A stretch of 64,000 bases of DNA from an uncultured bacterium (GTDB lineage Bacteria > Acidobacteriota > HRBIN11 > JAKEFK01), in the NCBI GenBank assembly GCA_963777505.1, contig CAVZQN010000001.1, positions 64,001 through 128,000 on the forward strand. Reading direction: 5' to 3'. Made by a program: the position numbers and the translations under genes. Under the pieces are notes generated by a model. The model was given only the letters and a program-made list of their open reading frames with translations. It was not told where the DNA came from and did no database searches. Positions 19,740 to 29,393 of the stretch are shown here, in pieces (within the stretch, counting starts at the first letter, position 1; each line of letters starts with the position of its first letter).

Positions 19740-20492
19740 ATGAAACGAAGTCCAACAATCATACTCGGTTTAGCATTCCTTTTCGTCTCCTTCACACAAG
19801 CGCAGGCAGAAATCCTTGTACATGCCGCCGCTAGTCTTACAGATGCCCTTACAGACATTGGAAAAATGTATGAACAAGAATCAGGAGAGAAAGTTCTTTT
19901 TAACTTTGGTGCTTCCAGTTTTCTAGCTAGACAGATTCAGGAAGGCACACCCGGTGATATTTTTTTCTCAGCCGATGAAGCAAAAATGGATGGAGTCGAA
20001 AAGAAAGGACTCATTCGAAAAGATACAAGAAAGGCATTGCTGTCTAATACTTTGGTGATTGTTGTATCAACGGATTCGAGACATCAGTTTTCATCTGCCA
20101 TGGATCTTGTGAAAGTAAAAGGAAACATTGCGATTGCTGAACCGCAAAGCGTTCCCGCCGGAATTTATGCAAAAGAATATTTGAAGAAAATTGGTATCTG
20201 GAGCAAGGTTATTGATCGCCTCATACCAACTGAAAACGTGCGCGCTGCACTAGCGGTTGTTGAATCTGGGAATGTAGAAGCTGGAATTGTTTACAAGACC
20301 GATGCCGGGATTTCAAAACGAGTCAAAGTTGCGTATGAAATTCCCAGGGCAGAAGGACCGAAGATCAGTTATCCCGTGGCAATGCTGACGGAATCAAAAG
20401 ATTTTGCCGCAGCAAAAAAATTTTACGATTTTATGCAAGGGCCTAAAGCATTAGAAGTTTATCGCAACTACGGATTCCTTTTGCCGGAGTAG
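19740..20492 (+). CDS. modA: Molybdate ABC transporter substrate-binding protein
   Basis: HAAASL, FNFGASSFLARQI, DIFFSAD, VPAGIYA, ENVRAAL, GIVYKTDA, ISYP. Confidence 0.95.
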   Translation: MKRSPTIILGLAFLFVSFTQAQAEILVHAAASLTDALTDIGKMYEQESGEKVLFNFGASSFLARQIQEGTPGDIFFSADEAKMDGVEKKGLIRKDTRKALLSNTLVIVVSTDSRHQFSSAMDLVKVKGNIAIAEPQSVPAGIYAKEYLKKIGIWSKVIDRLIPTENVRAALAVVESGNVEAGIVYKTDAGISKRVKVAYEIPRAEGPKISYPVAMLTESKDFAAAKKFYDFMQGPKALEVYRNYGFLLPE

Positions 20493-20606
20493 TACGGAGC
20501 GCGGACATCTTTGTCCGCATTGAGGGCCGCAGGCATCCTTGCCTGCAAGAAATTGCGGACTGGAAGTCCGCGGCCCGAAATGCAGGCTGGAAGCCTGCGC
20601 TCCGTA
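20493..20606. repeat. Four-unit REP-like cluster (family A), two forward and two inverted units
   Basis: Terminal inverted repeat TACGGAGCGC...GCGCTCCGTA; each unit is a GCGGAC/GTCCGC or GCAGGC/GCCTGC hairpin; lies between convergent genes. Confidence 0.85.
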
Positions 20607-20609
20607 AGC

Positions 20610-21872
20610 TCACAGGTTGAGTTCAGGGTGGCGCAACTTGAGCACCGCTTTCCGAACGGCTTCAAATTGTTCTTTGTCTTCCGCGGATGCATCTGGATGC
20701 TGGATGATCACAGCAAGACGTTCATAGTATTCATTGAGTTTCGGATCTTTCGTAGCTTCAGATTTATCCTTCCCGTGAAGCGCATACGCATGGTAAGCGG
20801 ATTCCAATTCTTCAGCAGATCTCATGGCATCACCTAATGTTGTTTCGGGAAGACCCTGAATACCATCTTTCACATTCCATGTAGAGGTCTTCTTAAACAG
20901 AGGGTCTACCTTGCTTGGATCATCACCATCTGTCACCGATTCCCATTTTTTCAAATGTTTCGGCGCTTCCTTTTCTGCCGTTGGAGAATACGCGTTGTAA
21001 GCAAATGCACTTTTCAAATGGGGGAATGCGCTTCTTAAAGTTTCGAAGTGAGTCTTGCCAGCACAGAAGCAGGCAGAAACAGCGACATGCTCAATTTTGT
21101 TTGCTCCTTTCGGAAATACTTTCGCCAGAGCTTCCACATCAGTCAATTTGAATGCGCCATTACCATCGCCGCCGATTTCGCCATCAAAACCGTGACCCGA
21201 AATGACCAGCCTGTTGATTTTCGCCTTCCCTTCACCGGCTTGAAAAAATTTCAATCCTAATTGTGATAGCTCATCGCGCGATGCTGGATTCTGCGTCTTT
21301 AGAAAATCAACAAACTTTTGTGCTTGCTCCTTCGGCATCTTGTCCGGACCAGAACTCAATGACTTCTGAAATGCACTCAGACCTGCATCAGTCCGGAGGT
21401 CATGCATCTTACCGTTATATTTGATCTCTCCATCGGTTTTGTATCCTTCAATTCGATGAACACCACCTTGTGCTTTCTTATTTCCCTTTTCCAACGCTTT
21501 TGCTTCTTTGTCAGACTCCTCACGCATTCCAAGATGGATTACACCCTGTGCACCGGCCTTTGCACGATTGCGATTCACTTCTGATTTCAAGGCTTCGTGG
21601 ATGAGTCCACTTTTGGTTTGATCACCATCTTTGTCGCGGGTAGCAAATGAGGAACGCGAACCGTTATGATCGAATTTATCTACTGCCTTGAAAAGCTTTT
21701 TGAATTCTTTCGATCCGCTGATCCTGCCATCCTTTCCTGCAATTTTTGCCAATGTGGCATCTGAGACGCCAGCTTCCTTTAACTTTTCTTTGTTTTCAGG
21801 AGCTATATCGTTGACATTGATTCCGCCTTTCGAAAGATCGTTGACGAATTTGTTGCGAGTTATGGTGCTCAT
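20610..21872 (-). CDS. Hypothetical protein with a putative clan-CD (caspase-like) His/Cys peptidase domain
   Basis: 420 aa, no signal peptide; RLVISGHG and HVAVSACFC strand-His/strand-Cys motifs; GGAGG RBS. Confidence 0.6.
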   Translation of the reverse strand: MSTITRNKFVNDLSKGGINVNDIAPENKEKLKEAGVSDATLAKIAGKDGRISGSKEFKKLFKAVDKFDHNGSRSSFATRDKDGDQTKSGLIHEALKSEVNRNRAKAGAQGVIHLGMREESDKEAKALEKGNKKAQGGVHRIEGYKTDGEIKYNGKMHDLRTDAGLSAFQKSLSSGPDKMPKEQAQKFVDFLKTQNPASRDELSQLGLKFFQAGEGKAKINRLVISGHGFDGEIGGDGNGAFKLTDVEALAKVFPKGANKIEHVAVSACFCAGKTHFETLRSAFPHLKSAFAYNAYSPTAEKEAPKHLKKWESVTDGDDPSKVDPLFKKTSTWNVKDGIQGLPETTLGDAMRSAEELESAYHAYALHGKDKSEATKDPKLNEYYERLAVIIQHPDASAEDKEQFEAVRKAVLKLRHPELNL

Positions 21873-21913
21873 GATTTTCCTCCAGTGCTTTACTCAACTG
21901 TGAATCGTTAATG

Positions 21914-21941
21914 TTATCGGCACCTGACGGATTTCTATTTG
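21914..21941 (-). promoter_or_regulatory. Sigma28 (FliA/SigD)-type promoter
   Basis: Minus strand CAAA-N16-GCCGATAA, 41 nt before the 21872 ATG; -10 is the exact consensus. Confidence 0.65.
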
Positions 21942-22005
21942 AACTGTGGATGGGGTTTAAGCCCTATATTTTGATAGGGATGCGAGCGAGATGCGGGATG
22001 CCAGA

Positions 22006-23314
22006 TTATTCGCTTGAACAAACGGCAGTTTCAGCGGCGGAGAGAGTTACACTCTGAAAGCCGGCTGTAGCTGTGAAAAATGGAACGGGAATTTCTTCCA
22101 ATACAATTTCTGAACTGGTCAAATTAATATTGGCTCTGGAAAACGGAAAAGTTGTAAGCCTGGAACAGCCTCCTTGAATTTGTCCATTTGACTGCATCTT
22201 TAGAAAAATCGCATCCATGTTGTTGGACTCACGAGTCCCGGCACAACCAGTCACCAGGATCGATCCATCGCTTGATGAAACAATTGGCCGTCCTACAAAA
22301 ACCGGGCGTGAATCAGGATTCACTCTTTTGCGCCACAGAACATTGCCATTTGCATCAAGGCTCACAACAATTCCTCGCGAGTTGCTGCCACCAGAAGCAG
22401 TGATGTTCCCTGCTAATAACAAATTGCTACCCGCTTTCGAAACGGATGCATTCAGACTTGAACCCGGTGATTTATAAAGCCGTGACCAGACCGGTATCCC
22501 ATCTGAATTTAATTTTGAAAGCAATGTATCTGATCTTTGTGAACCTGAAGGCGCAAAACTTTCCGTAAAATAATAACCACCATCAGCGGCTTGAAACGCA
22601 GATAAAGCAATGTGATTGCCTGACGAACCATACATTCGCGACCATTCTATCGAACCCGTTGCACTGAACTTCGCAAGTACAGAACGAACACCACCCGGAA
22701 AATTAGCAGCGATCGCAACGATCGCACCATTATCGGACGTCAATCCCAGGTCCGATGCATGATCGAATCCAGCTGCCGAAATTACTTTTCTCCAAACCGG
22801 GCGGCCGGCAGAATTGAATTTTACAACCACAATATCATTCAGATTCGGATCATGATCCGCATCCCCTAACACAATGAAACCCCTATCTGAAGTCTGAACG
22901 ACTTTTACAAAATGCTCATTACCACTCGTCCCGAATGTGCGTTTCCATGCGACCGTTCCGTTGGATCGAAGCTTTAAAATAAATGCATCCAAGAGCCCTT
23001 CACCAAAAGAGCCTGTGTTTCCAACGACAACAGCACCGCCATCTGATGTGCTAACGACTGCTTGTGCTTCATCAGCCGATGAACCGGCGAATCGCTGAGC
23101 CCTCAGGACATCACCACCAGAACTGAGTTTGAACAGAAGTGCGTCGCTTGACGTATAGTCAACACCTACAGCGACAACCTCGCCGGATCTTAGTATCGCG
23201 GCTGAGCCAAGACATTCATTGCCAGGAAGCTGAATTGTTTCCAGATAATCCGCAGCACCAGCAAAACCAACGAATAATGTAAAAACGAACAGAAATAAAT
23301 ATTTGATTTTTCAT
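22006..23314 (-). CDS. Secreted beta-propeller-like repeat protein (one-base frameshift in the A run after the ATG)
   Basis: Repeats of TSDGGxxxxG...D+++xK+xxxGxxxWx+; frame stays open upstream of 22992; removing one A gives signal peptide MKIKYLFLFVFTLFVGFAGA. Confidence 0.82.
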
Positions 23315-23364
23315 AACGACTCTATGATAACTCATCCCGCATCCGCATCCCTATCAATGCTATT

Positions 23365-23442
23365 TACCACGAAGTCACGGAGAGCACGGAGCAACTTTAT
23401 TAATAAAAACACATCTCCGTGTTCTCTGTGACTCCGTGGTGA
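23365..23442. repeat. Inverted pair of 9-bp-period arrays (family B)
   Basis: ACCACGAAGTCACGGAGAGCACGGAG ... CTCCGTGTTCTCTGTGACTCCGTGGT. Confidence 0.8.
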
Positions 23443-23461
23443 AATGAGTTTTTGCTTATTA

Positions 23462-25204
23462 TTACCGCGAAGGCGTAGAGTACACTAATCGCCCGCCGAG
23501 AAAAGTCATTTCGACTTTGACATCACGAATTTGATCGGGCTTGATTGCAAAGATGTCTCCACTCAGCACAACCAGGTCTGCAAGTTTGCCCGGAGTGATC
23601 GAGCCTTTTTGATTTTCTTGAAATTCCGCATACGCAGATCCCATTGTGTAGGCATAAATCGTTTCTGGAAGCGTGATCTTTTCTTCGGGGATCCAACCGT
23701 TTGGTTGTTTTCCATCGAGTGTAGCGCGGGTCAAAGCCGCGTACAGACTTTGCATCGGATCCAGCGGTGCGACATTCCAGTCAGTTCCAAATGCAAGTTT
23801 GACTCCGTTATCAAGAAATGTTCTAAAGGCATATGTTCTGGTGCTTCGATCGTGTCCAATTCTTTTTTCAGCCCAGCGGCCATCATCAATTGTGTGATAC
23901 GGCTGCATCGATGCGATTACATTTTGTTTTGCGAATCGCGCAAAATCTTTTGCCGCCATGTGCTGCGCATGTTCGATACGGAAACGGCGATCTCGCGAAC
24001 CATTTTGTTTCGCCGCTTCATCAAAAAGATCCAGAATGATTGAAATGGCTTGATCTCCAATTGCGTGAACGCAAACTTGAAGTCCTGCTTTATCGGCGCC
24101 CTGAATCTTCGCTTTCATTGCATCAACAGGTTGCATTTCTTCAGACAACAATCCATGGTTTTTGGAGTCATCATCGAACGGATCAAAGAAGAATGCTGTT
24201 GATGAACCGAGTGAACCATCTGCGTAACCTTTCAACGCGCCGGTTCGCAGTAATGCAGAGCCAAAACTGCGTCGCAAACCAACTTTCGCAAGATCAGCCC
24301 AGCCTGCAAGTGGTGGAGCGGCATAAACTCGCGTTAATAATTCGCCGCGTTCAGCAAGATCCGCGATCGCTGCAATTTCCGCATAAAGCATTCCCATGTC
24401 TTGAATGCTTGTGACTCCAAGTGAAGCCGCATGCTTTGACGAACGAAGCGCGATCTTCAAAAGCTGATCGTGCGTTGGTGGCGGAATAACCTTATACACA
24501 TAAGTCATTGCAGCATCTTTGAGTGCTCCAGTTGGTTCGCCTTTTGAATCACGCACGATTGTGCCGCCGGGAGGATCTGGTGTTTCTTTTGTAACGCCTG
24601 CAAGTTTCAACGCAAGCGAATTCGCAAGAGCCATATGGCCATCATAGCGATTCACAAAGACAGGATGATCCGGAGTCACTCCATCGATGAGTTGGCGTGT
24701 CGGCATTTCAACTGGAGTAAATCGCTGATCATCCCAGTCACCGCCAAGGATCCATTCACCCTTCGGACGCGATTTCGCTCGTTCAGCAATTCTTCTTGCA
24801 AACTCCTGGTGTGAATCGGCATTTTTTAGATCGACACTATCGAGTTGCTGACCACCGCCAAAAAAATGCACATGAGAATCATTGAATCCAGGCACAACTC
24901 GTTTGCCCTGCAAATCGATCACTTTAGTTGAAGAACCGCGCCACGCATTCACATTTTCGGCTGAACCAACTGCAACAATGCGTTCACCAAGAATTGCAAC
25001 TGCTTGAGCTTCCGGCATCTTTGAATCAACGGTCCAGATTTTGCCGTTCGTTAAAATCAGATCGGCTGCAGGTTGGTCTGCGTGAAGAAGAGCGAAACAC
25101 GAAAAAAGAAAAAACAGCATGCAGACCAGAGGTCTGCGGTCCCTTATGCGGACCAGACGTCCGCGGTCCCCAAGAATTCTGCGGTCCCTGGTTATATTTT
25201 TCAT
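23462..25204 (-). CDS. Secreted amidohydrolase (YtcJ/Amidohydro_3-like)
   Basis: PGFNDSHVH, YADGSLGSSTA, VHAIGDQA, RIEHAQ, FGTDW, GKLADLVVL; start is 25204 or 25120. Confidence 0.92.
   Translation of the reverse strand: MKNITRDRRILGDRGRLVRIRDRRPLVCMLFFLFSCFALLHADQPAADLILTNGKIWTVDSKMPEAQAVAILGERIVAVGSAENVNAWRGSSTKVIDLQGKRVVPGFNDSHVHFFGGGQQLDSVDLKNADSHQEFARRIAERAKSRPKGEWILGGDWDDQRFTPVEMPTRQLIDGVTPDHPVFVNRYDGHMALANSLALKLAGVTKETPDPPGGTIVRDSKGEPTGALKDAAMTYVYKVIPPPTHDQLLKIALRSSKHAASLGVTSIQDMGMLYAEIAAIADLAERGELLTRVYAAPPLAGWADLAKVGLRRSFGSALLRTGALKGYADGSLGSSTAFFFDPFDDDSKNHGLLSEEMQPVDAMKAKIQGADKAGLQVCVHAIGDQAISIILDLFDEAAKQNGSRDRRFRIEHAQHMAAKDFARFAKQNVIASMQPYHTIDDGRWAEKRIGHDRSTRTYAFRTFLDNGVKLAFGTDWNVAPLDPMQSLYAALTRATLDGKQPNGWIPEEKITLPETIYAYTMGSAYAEFQENQKGSITPGKLADLVVLSGDIFAIKPDQIRDVKVEMTFLGGRLVYSTPSR
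25120..25189. repeat. Three REP-like units (family A) inside the amidohydrolase 5' end
   Basis: TGCAGACCAGAGGTCTGCGGTCCC, TGCGGACCAGACGTCCGCGGTCCC and a degenerate third unit ending TGCGGTCCC. Confidence 0.8.
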
Positions 25205-25297
25205 GCAGCTATGTTAACTGTAATGGTGGCAGATAGGAAGAACTGATTCTGTTCATATATCCGAAAACTACTTAAGATTCAAATTGGAGGAATTCAT

Positions 25298-26449
25298 ATG
25301 AAGAATTCGCGACGCATTGAAACTAAATTAATACACTCAGGTGAACCATCTCCGAAAGTAAATGGTGCCGTTGTTATGCCGGTCTTTCAATCTGCAATGT
25401 TTGAATACGCCGGTGAAACGGATTACAACGATTTGAAGTATATCCGGCTGAATAATACGCCTAACCAGGAAGTCGTTGCCGCAAAATTAGCGGCACTTGA
25501 AAATGCGGAAAGCGCAATTGTAACAGCAAGCGGTATGGCCGCAATCAGCGCTACATTATTAACATTCCTCAGTAACGGAGATCATCTGCTTGTTCAGCCG
25601 AGCTTGTACGGCGGAGTGCAAACGTTTGTAACAAGAGATTTTCAGAATTTTGGAATTCAATATGATTTCATAGAGCCGAATCGTCCTGAAACCTGGAAAA
25701 ACAAGCTGACAAAACGCACTCGCGCAATTTACGTAGAAACAATCTCAAACCCGATGATGCATGTTCCCGATCTCAAAGCTGTCGCGGCTTTTGCGAAAGA
25801 GAATGGAATCATCTCTGCAATTGACAATACATTTGCGTCTCCGATTAATTTTCGTCCGATAGAGCATGGATTTGATATATCACTTCACAGCGGAACGAAA
25901 TATTTGAATGGACATTCCGATATTGTTGCCGGTGCCGTCATTGGCAAATCGGAACTTGTTATGAAAGTATTACACCGGCTGAATCATCTTGGTGGATCGC
26001 TGGATCCACATGCCGCGTTTTTATTGCATCGTGGAATGAAAACGCTGGCGCTCCGAGTTCATCATCAAAATCAAAGCGCTTTTAAATTGGCGCATCTTCT
26101 GGAACATCATCCGGCCGTGGAGCGGGTCAATTATCCCGGGTTGGAAAGCCATCCTCAACACGGTATTGCGCGAAGTCTTTTTGAAGGTTTCGGCGGAATG
26201 CTGAGCTTTGAACTCAAAGAAGGCGCAAAAGGAGCAGCAAATTTTTTGAGCCGCGCTCAAGTACCGATTTCAGCTCCAAGTTTAGGCGGTGTTGAAACCC
26301 TGATGACACTGCCTGCAAAAACTTCCCACGCAGGACTCAGCGCTGAAGAAAGACGGGCCGGCGGAATCAGTGATGGTTTGATTCGGATTTCGGTCGGTAT
26401 CGAATCGATCGAAGATTTGATGGAAGATTTCCAGCAAGCGCTTGGGTAG
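25298..26449 (+). CDS. PLP-dependent Cys/Met metabolism enzyme (cystathionine gamma-synthase/lyase family)
   Basis: YIRLNNTP, ASGMAAI, ETISNP, DNTFASP, HSGTKYLNGHSD, SLGGVETL, LIRISVGIE. Confidence 0.92.
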   Translation: MKNSRRIETKLIHSGEPSPKVNGAVVMPVFQSAMFEYAGETDYNDLKYIRLNNTPNQEVVAAKLAALENAESAIVTASGMAAISATLLTFLSNGDHLLVQPSLYGGVQTFVTRDFQNFGIQYDFIEPNRPETWKNKLTKRTRAIYVETISNPMMHVPDLKAVAAFAKENGIISAIDNTFASPINFRPIEHGFDISLHSGTKYLNGHSDIVAGAVIGKSELVMKVLHRLNHLGGSLDPHAAFLLHRGMKTLALRVHHQNQSAFKLAHLLEHHPAVERVNYPGLESHPQHGIARSLFEGFGGMLSFELKEGAKGAANFLSRAQVPISAPSLGGVETLMTLPAKTSHAGLSAEERRAGGISDGLIRISVGIESIEDLMEDFQQALG

Positions 26450-26465
26450 TGAGCTCTAACCGCAA

Positions 26466-26568
26466 GGGACCGCAGGCCTCAGGCCTGCATTAGGACCGGG
26501 ACCTCTGGTCCGCAAATTTGCAGCGAGACGCCTGCGATCCCCAATGCGGACGGGACGTCCGCGCTCCC
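26466..26568. repeat. Four-unit REP-like cluster (family A) between convergent genes
   Basis: GGGACCGCAGGCCTCAGGCCTGCA ... TGCGGACGGGACGTCCGCGCTCCC; the last unit is the exact reverse complement of the 10934 unit. Confidence 0.85.
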
Positions 26569-26585
26569 CGAAAAGACACAGAGTA

Positions 26586-27830
26586 TTAATTCTCAAAGCG
26601 GGCGGCGATCTTTTTCAATCGTTCTTGAATATTACGAAGCAATGTCGCTGCTTCAGCAGATCGTGTTGAGGACGGATCAATCTTTTGAACTTGTGAGAAA
26701 GCTTGCTCCGAAAGTTCATCAAGATGGACAAGCTGATTCTGTAATTCCGTCAGTACTTGAAAAGTCTTTCGAATCAGGACTCCGGCTTCATCGGAAGTAG
26801 GATCTTTTTCATCATGAAACATCTGGCATGAGTTTCTGCCGAACTGCTTCGCGAGATATAACGCTACATCGGCTTTTTTCTGCAATGCCTCGACCGACTC
26901 TTTCGTGTGTTCCGGATAGGCTGCAACTCCAAGGCTTACTGTTATCCGGGAGGAACCATCAGGGATCGTCATCTGTGAAACACCACTCCGAATTTTTTCA
27001 GCAACTTTCAAAGCATCAAAGGCCAATGTTTCAGGCAATAAAACTGCAAATTCATCTCCGCCCACACGTGCGAGTAAATCATACGCACGCAAATTTCGTT
27101 TCATTAAACCAGCAATAGCTTTTAAAACCGCATCTCCTGCATCGTGGCCGTGTTGATCATTAATATTCTTGAAGGAATCTACATCGAGGAAAATTAAAGA
27201 TAAAGAAGAACTCTGCCGGGCTGCTCGCGCAAATTCGACTTCCAATCTTTGCTCGAAATATCGGCGGACATAACACTGCGTTAGTTCATCCACAATTGCT
27301 TGTTCGTAAAGATGTGCATTCTCGATTGCAATCGCCGCCATATTTGCAAACGATTCCAGGAGCTTCAAATCGTCCTGTTTAAAGACATTCTTCGCGGATC
27401 GGTTGTCTGCATAGAGGGTTCCGATAATTTCGCTATTCTGGCGCGATGTTAAAGGCACACACATCAGACTGCGGATCTGTAAGTTCATAACTGAATCCGA
27501 TTTTGTGATACTTTCATCGCGAACTACATCGCGGCTCAAAATTGATTTACCTTTATTTACGACATCATTCACTACTGTTGTGCTGAATTGCAGCGCATCA
27601 CGCAGCGTTGTCGAATCAATATTTGCGTTGGAATATTCAATACGAAGATCGCCAGTAACTTCGTGCCGCAAAATTACCAGGACACGCTCTGCATTCATGT
27701 TACGGGTTACTGCTTCCGAAATCTTACCGAGCAACTGATGTAAATCAGTAATAGCGATTAACGATTGTCCAATATCAAGGAGGGTTTTGTATCGGTCAGA
27801 TTCCTGCTTTTGGTTTGACGTCTTTGTCAT
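26586..27830 (-). CDS. GAF-GGDEF diguanylate cyclase
   Basis: IRSLMCVPL GAF motif; DVDSFKNINDQHGHDAGD, RAYD I-site, RVGGDEF. Confidence 0.93.
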   Translation of the reverse strand: MTKTSNQKQESDRYKTLLDIGQSLIAITDLHQLLGKISEAVTRNMNAERVLVILRHEVTGDLRIEYSNANIDSTTLRDALQFSTTVVNDVVNKGKSILSRDVVRDESITKSDSVMNLQIRSLMCVPLTSRQNSEIIGTLYADNRSAKNVFKQDDLKLLESFANMAAIAIENAHLYEQAIVDELTQCYVRRYFEQRLEVEFARAARQSSSLSLIFLDVDSFKNINDQHGHDAGDAVLKAIAGLMKRNLRAYDLLARVGGDEFAVLLPETLAFDALKVAEKIRSGVSQMTIPDGSSRITVSLGVAAYPEHTKESVEALQKKADVALYLAKQFGRNSCQMFHDEKDPTSDEAGVLIRKTFQVLTELQNQLVHLDELSEQAFSQVQKIDPSSTRSAEAATLLRNIQERLKKIAARFEN

Positions 27831-27909
27831 TCAGGATACTTTTTATCACGAAGTTAACGAAGAAGCACGAAAAATAAATGTAAAACATATGAACCGCAGA
27901 GTCGCAGAA

Positions 27910-28950
27910 CTACTGGGGTAATTTGGCCAGGAGTTCTTTCAATCGGTCGGCATATTCGCGCGTACACACCAACGTTTTACCATCTTTTTGAATGACAACT
28001 ATGTTGCGCAAGCCTGCAGTCGCAATGATCTGCGAATCTGAGTAGATGATACAGTCCTTTGTATCGAGCCCGATGTGTTCACCCCAGCTTAGATTTTTTT
28101 CTTCATCGAGTGGAAGGATCCGGCTCAATGAATTCCAGGTTCCAACATCGTCCCATGGAAAAGTTGCAGGAACGACTGCAACATTTTTCGCTTTTTCCAT
28201 GACGCCGAAATCAATCGAAATACGCTTCAGTTCAGAATATTCTCTGCGGAAAACTTCCTTGTCTTGCTCTTCTTTCAGCCGGTTCAGAGTGTTCCAAACA
28301 TCGGGTAAGTGTGTTGCAAGCAATTCCTGAATTGCAGACACTTTCCACAAAAACATGCCGCTATTCCAGTAATAAGACGGATCGTGGAAAAAATGCTCAG
28401 CCCGTTGTTGATCCGGTTTTTCAACAAAACGTTCTACAGCAAAAACAGGGTCATCTTGAGTTCCGAGATTTTCAGGTGCGGCATTGACGTAGCCATAATT
28501 CGTTTCAGGCCGGATCGGTTTAATCCCGAATGTGACCAGCATATCTTTTTGCAATACAAATTCGACTGCTATCCGCATTGTATTTACAAAAGCATCCGTA
28601 TCAGGAATTAAATGATCTGCGGGAAGCACAAGCATTAATGCATCGGACGGTAAATAAAGAGACGCATAACCGATAGCTGCCGAAGTATCGCGTCCGGTTG
28701 GTTCCAGCAAGAGATTGGATGATTGAAGTGCAGGCAACTGTTCACGTGATTGCTGCTCATGTTGTTCCCCTACAACTAGAAAAATGTTTTCATCAGGAAC
28801 AAGACGTCTCGCACGGTCGAATGTTTGTTGTAGAAGTGAGCGCACTGAAAAGAAGCGAAGAAAAGGCTTAGGGTTTTCCGGAGTACTTAACGGCCAGAAC
28901 CGCTCTCCTTTACCGCCAGCCAGTATAACGGCATATACAGCCTTATTCAT
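27910..28950 (-). CDS. manC: Mannose-1-phosphate guanylyltransferase
   Basis: ILAGGKGERFWPLS, EPTGRDTS, PADHLI, FVEKP, WNSGMF, SIDFGVME, WDDVGTW. Confidence 0.92.
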   Translation of the reverse strand: MNKAVYAVILAGGKGERFWPLSTPENPKPFLRFFSVRSLLQQTFDRARRLVPDENIFLVVGEQHEQQSREQLPALQSSNLLLEPTGRDTSAAIGYASLYLPSDALMLVLPADHLIPDTDAFVNTMRIAVEFVLQKDMLVTFGIKPIRPETNYGYVNAAPENLGTQDDPVFAVERFVEKPDQQRAEHFFHDPSYYWNSGMFLWKVSAIQELLATHLPDVWNTLNRLKEEQDKEVFRREYSELKRISIDFGVMEKAKNVAVVPATFPWDDVGTWNSLSRILPLDEEKNLSWGEHIGLDTKDCIIYSDSQIIATAGLRNIVVIQKDGKTLVCTREYADRLKELLAKLPQ

Positions 28951-28971
28951 GAAGTCTTTGCGTCTTTGTGG

Positions 28972-29373
28972 TTAATTTCGGACGTTGTCTTTAACAAAGC
29001 GGACGATCTCATCAAGAGAACTGCCTGGCAAAAAAATTCCCCGCACACCAAGATTCTGTAATTTCTTAATATCCTGGTCCGGAATAATTCCGCCCATAAA
29101 AATCAAAACGTCATCCATTTTGTTCTCTTTCGCAAGTTCGACAATCTTTGGCATGACATAGTTGTGCGCTCCAGAAAGAATACTAACGCCGATTGCATCG
29201 ACATCTTCTTGAAGTGCAGCTTGAATAATTTGTTCCGGTGTTTGTCTGAGCCCCGTGTAAATCGCTTCCATTCCAGCATCACGCAGCGCACGTACAATCA
29301 CCTTCGCGCCACGATCGTGACCGTCTAACCCTGGTTTTGCAACAAGCACTCTTATCTTTTTCTCTTTTGCCAT
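28972..29373 (-). CDS. Acyl-CoA mutase cobalamin-binding small subunit (IcmB-like)
   Basis: [13 protein letters not shown] (DxHxxG), SILSGAH, GGIIP. Confidence 0.93.
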   Translation of the reverse strand: MAKEKKIRVLVAKPGLDGHDRGAKVIVRALRDAGMEAIYTGLRQTPEQIIQAALQEDVDAIGVSILSGAHNYVMPKIVELAKENKMDDVLIFMGGIIPDQDIKKLQNLGVRGIFLPGSSLDEIVRFVKDNVRN

Positions 29374-29393
29374 CTCTGTGTCTCTGCGGTTAT

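Noticed and set aside
20468-20837. Short ORFs spanning repeat clusters (also 2799-3026, 14309-14527, 32564-32806)
   Set aside because: They are translations of REP-like or tandem arrays, or overlap real genes on the other strand.
19442-21900. Classical integrase-type island at selC
   Set aside because: No integrase and no duplicated tRNA 3' end were seen in the window.
20493-26568. Family-A clusters as CRISPR arrays
   Set aside because: Units are degenerate, inverted and nearly adjacent, with no unique 30-40-bp spacers and no cas genes.
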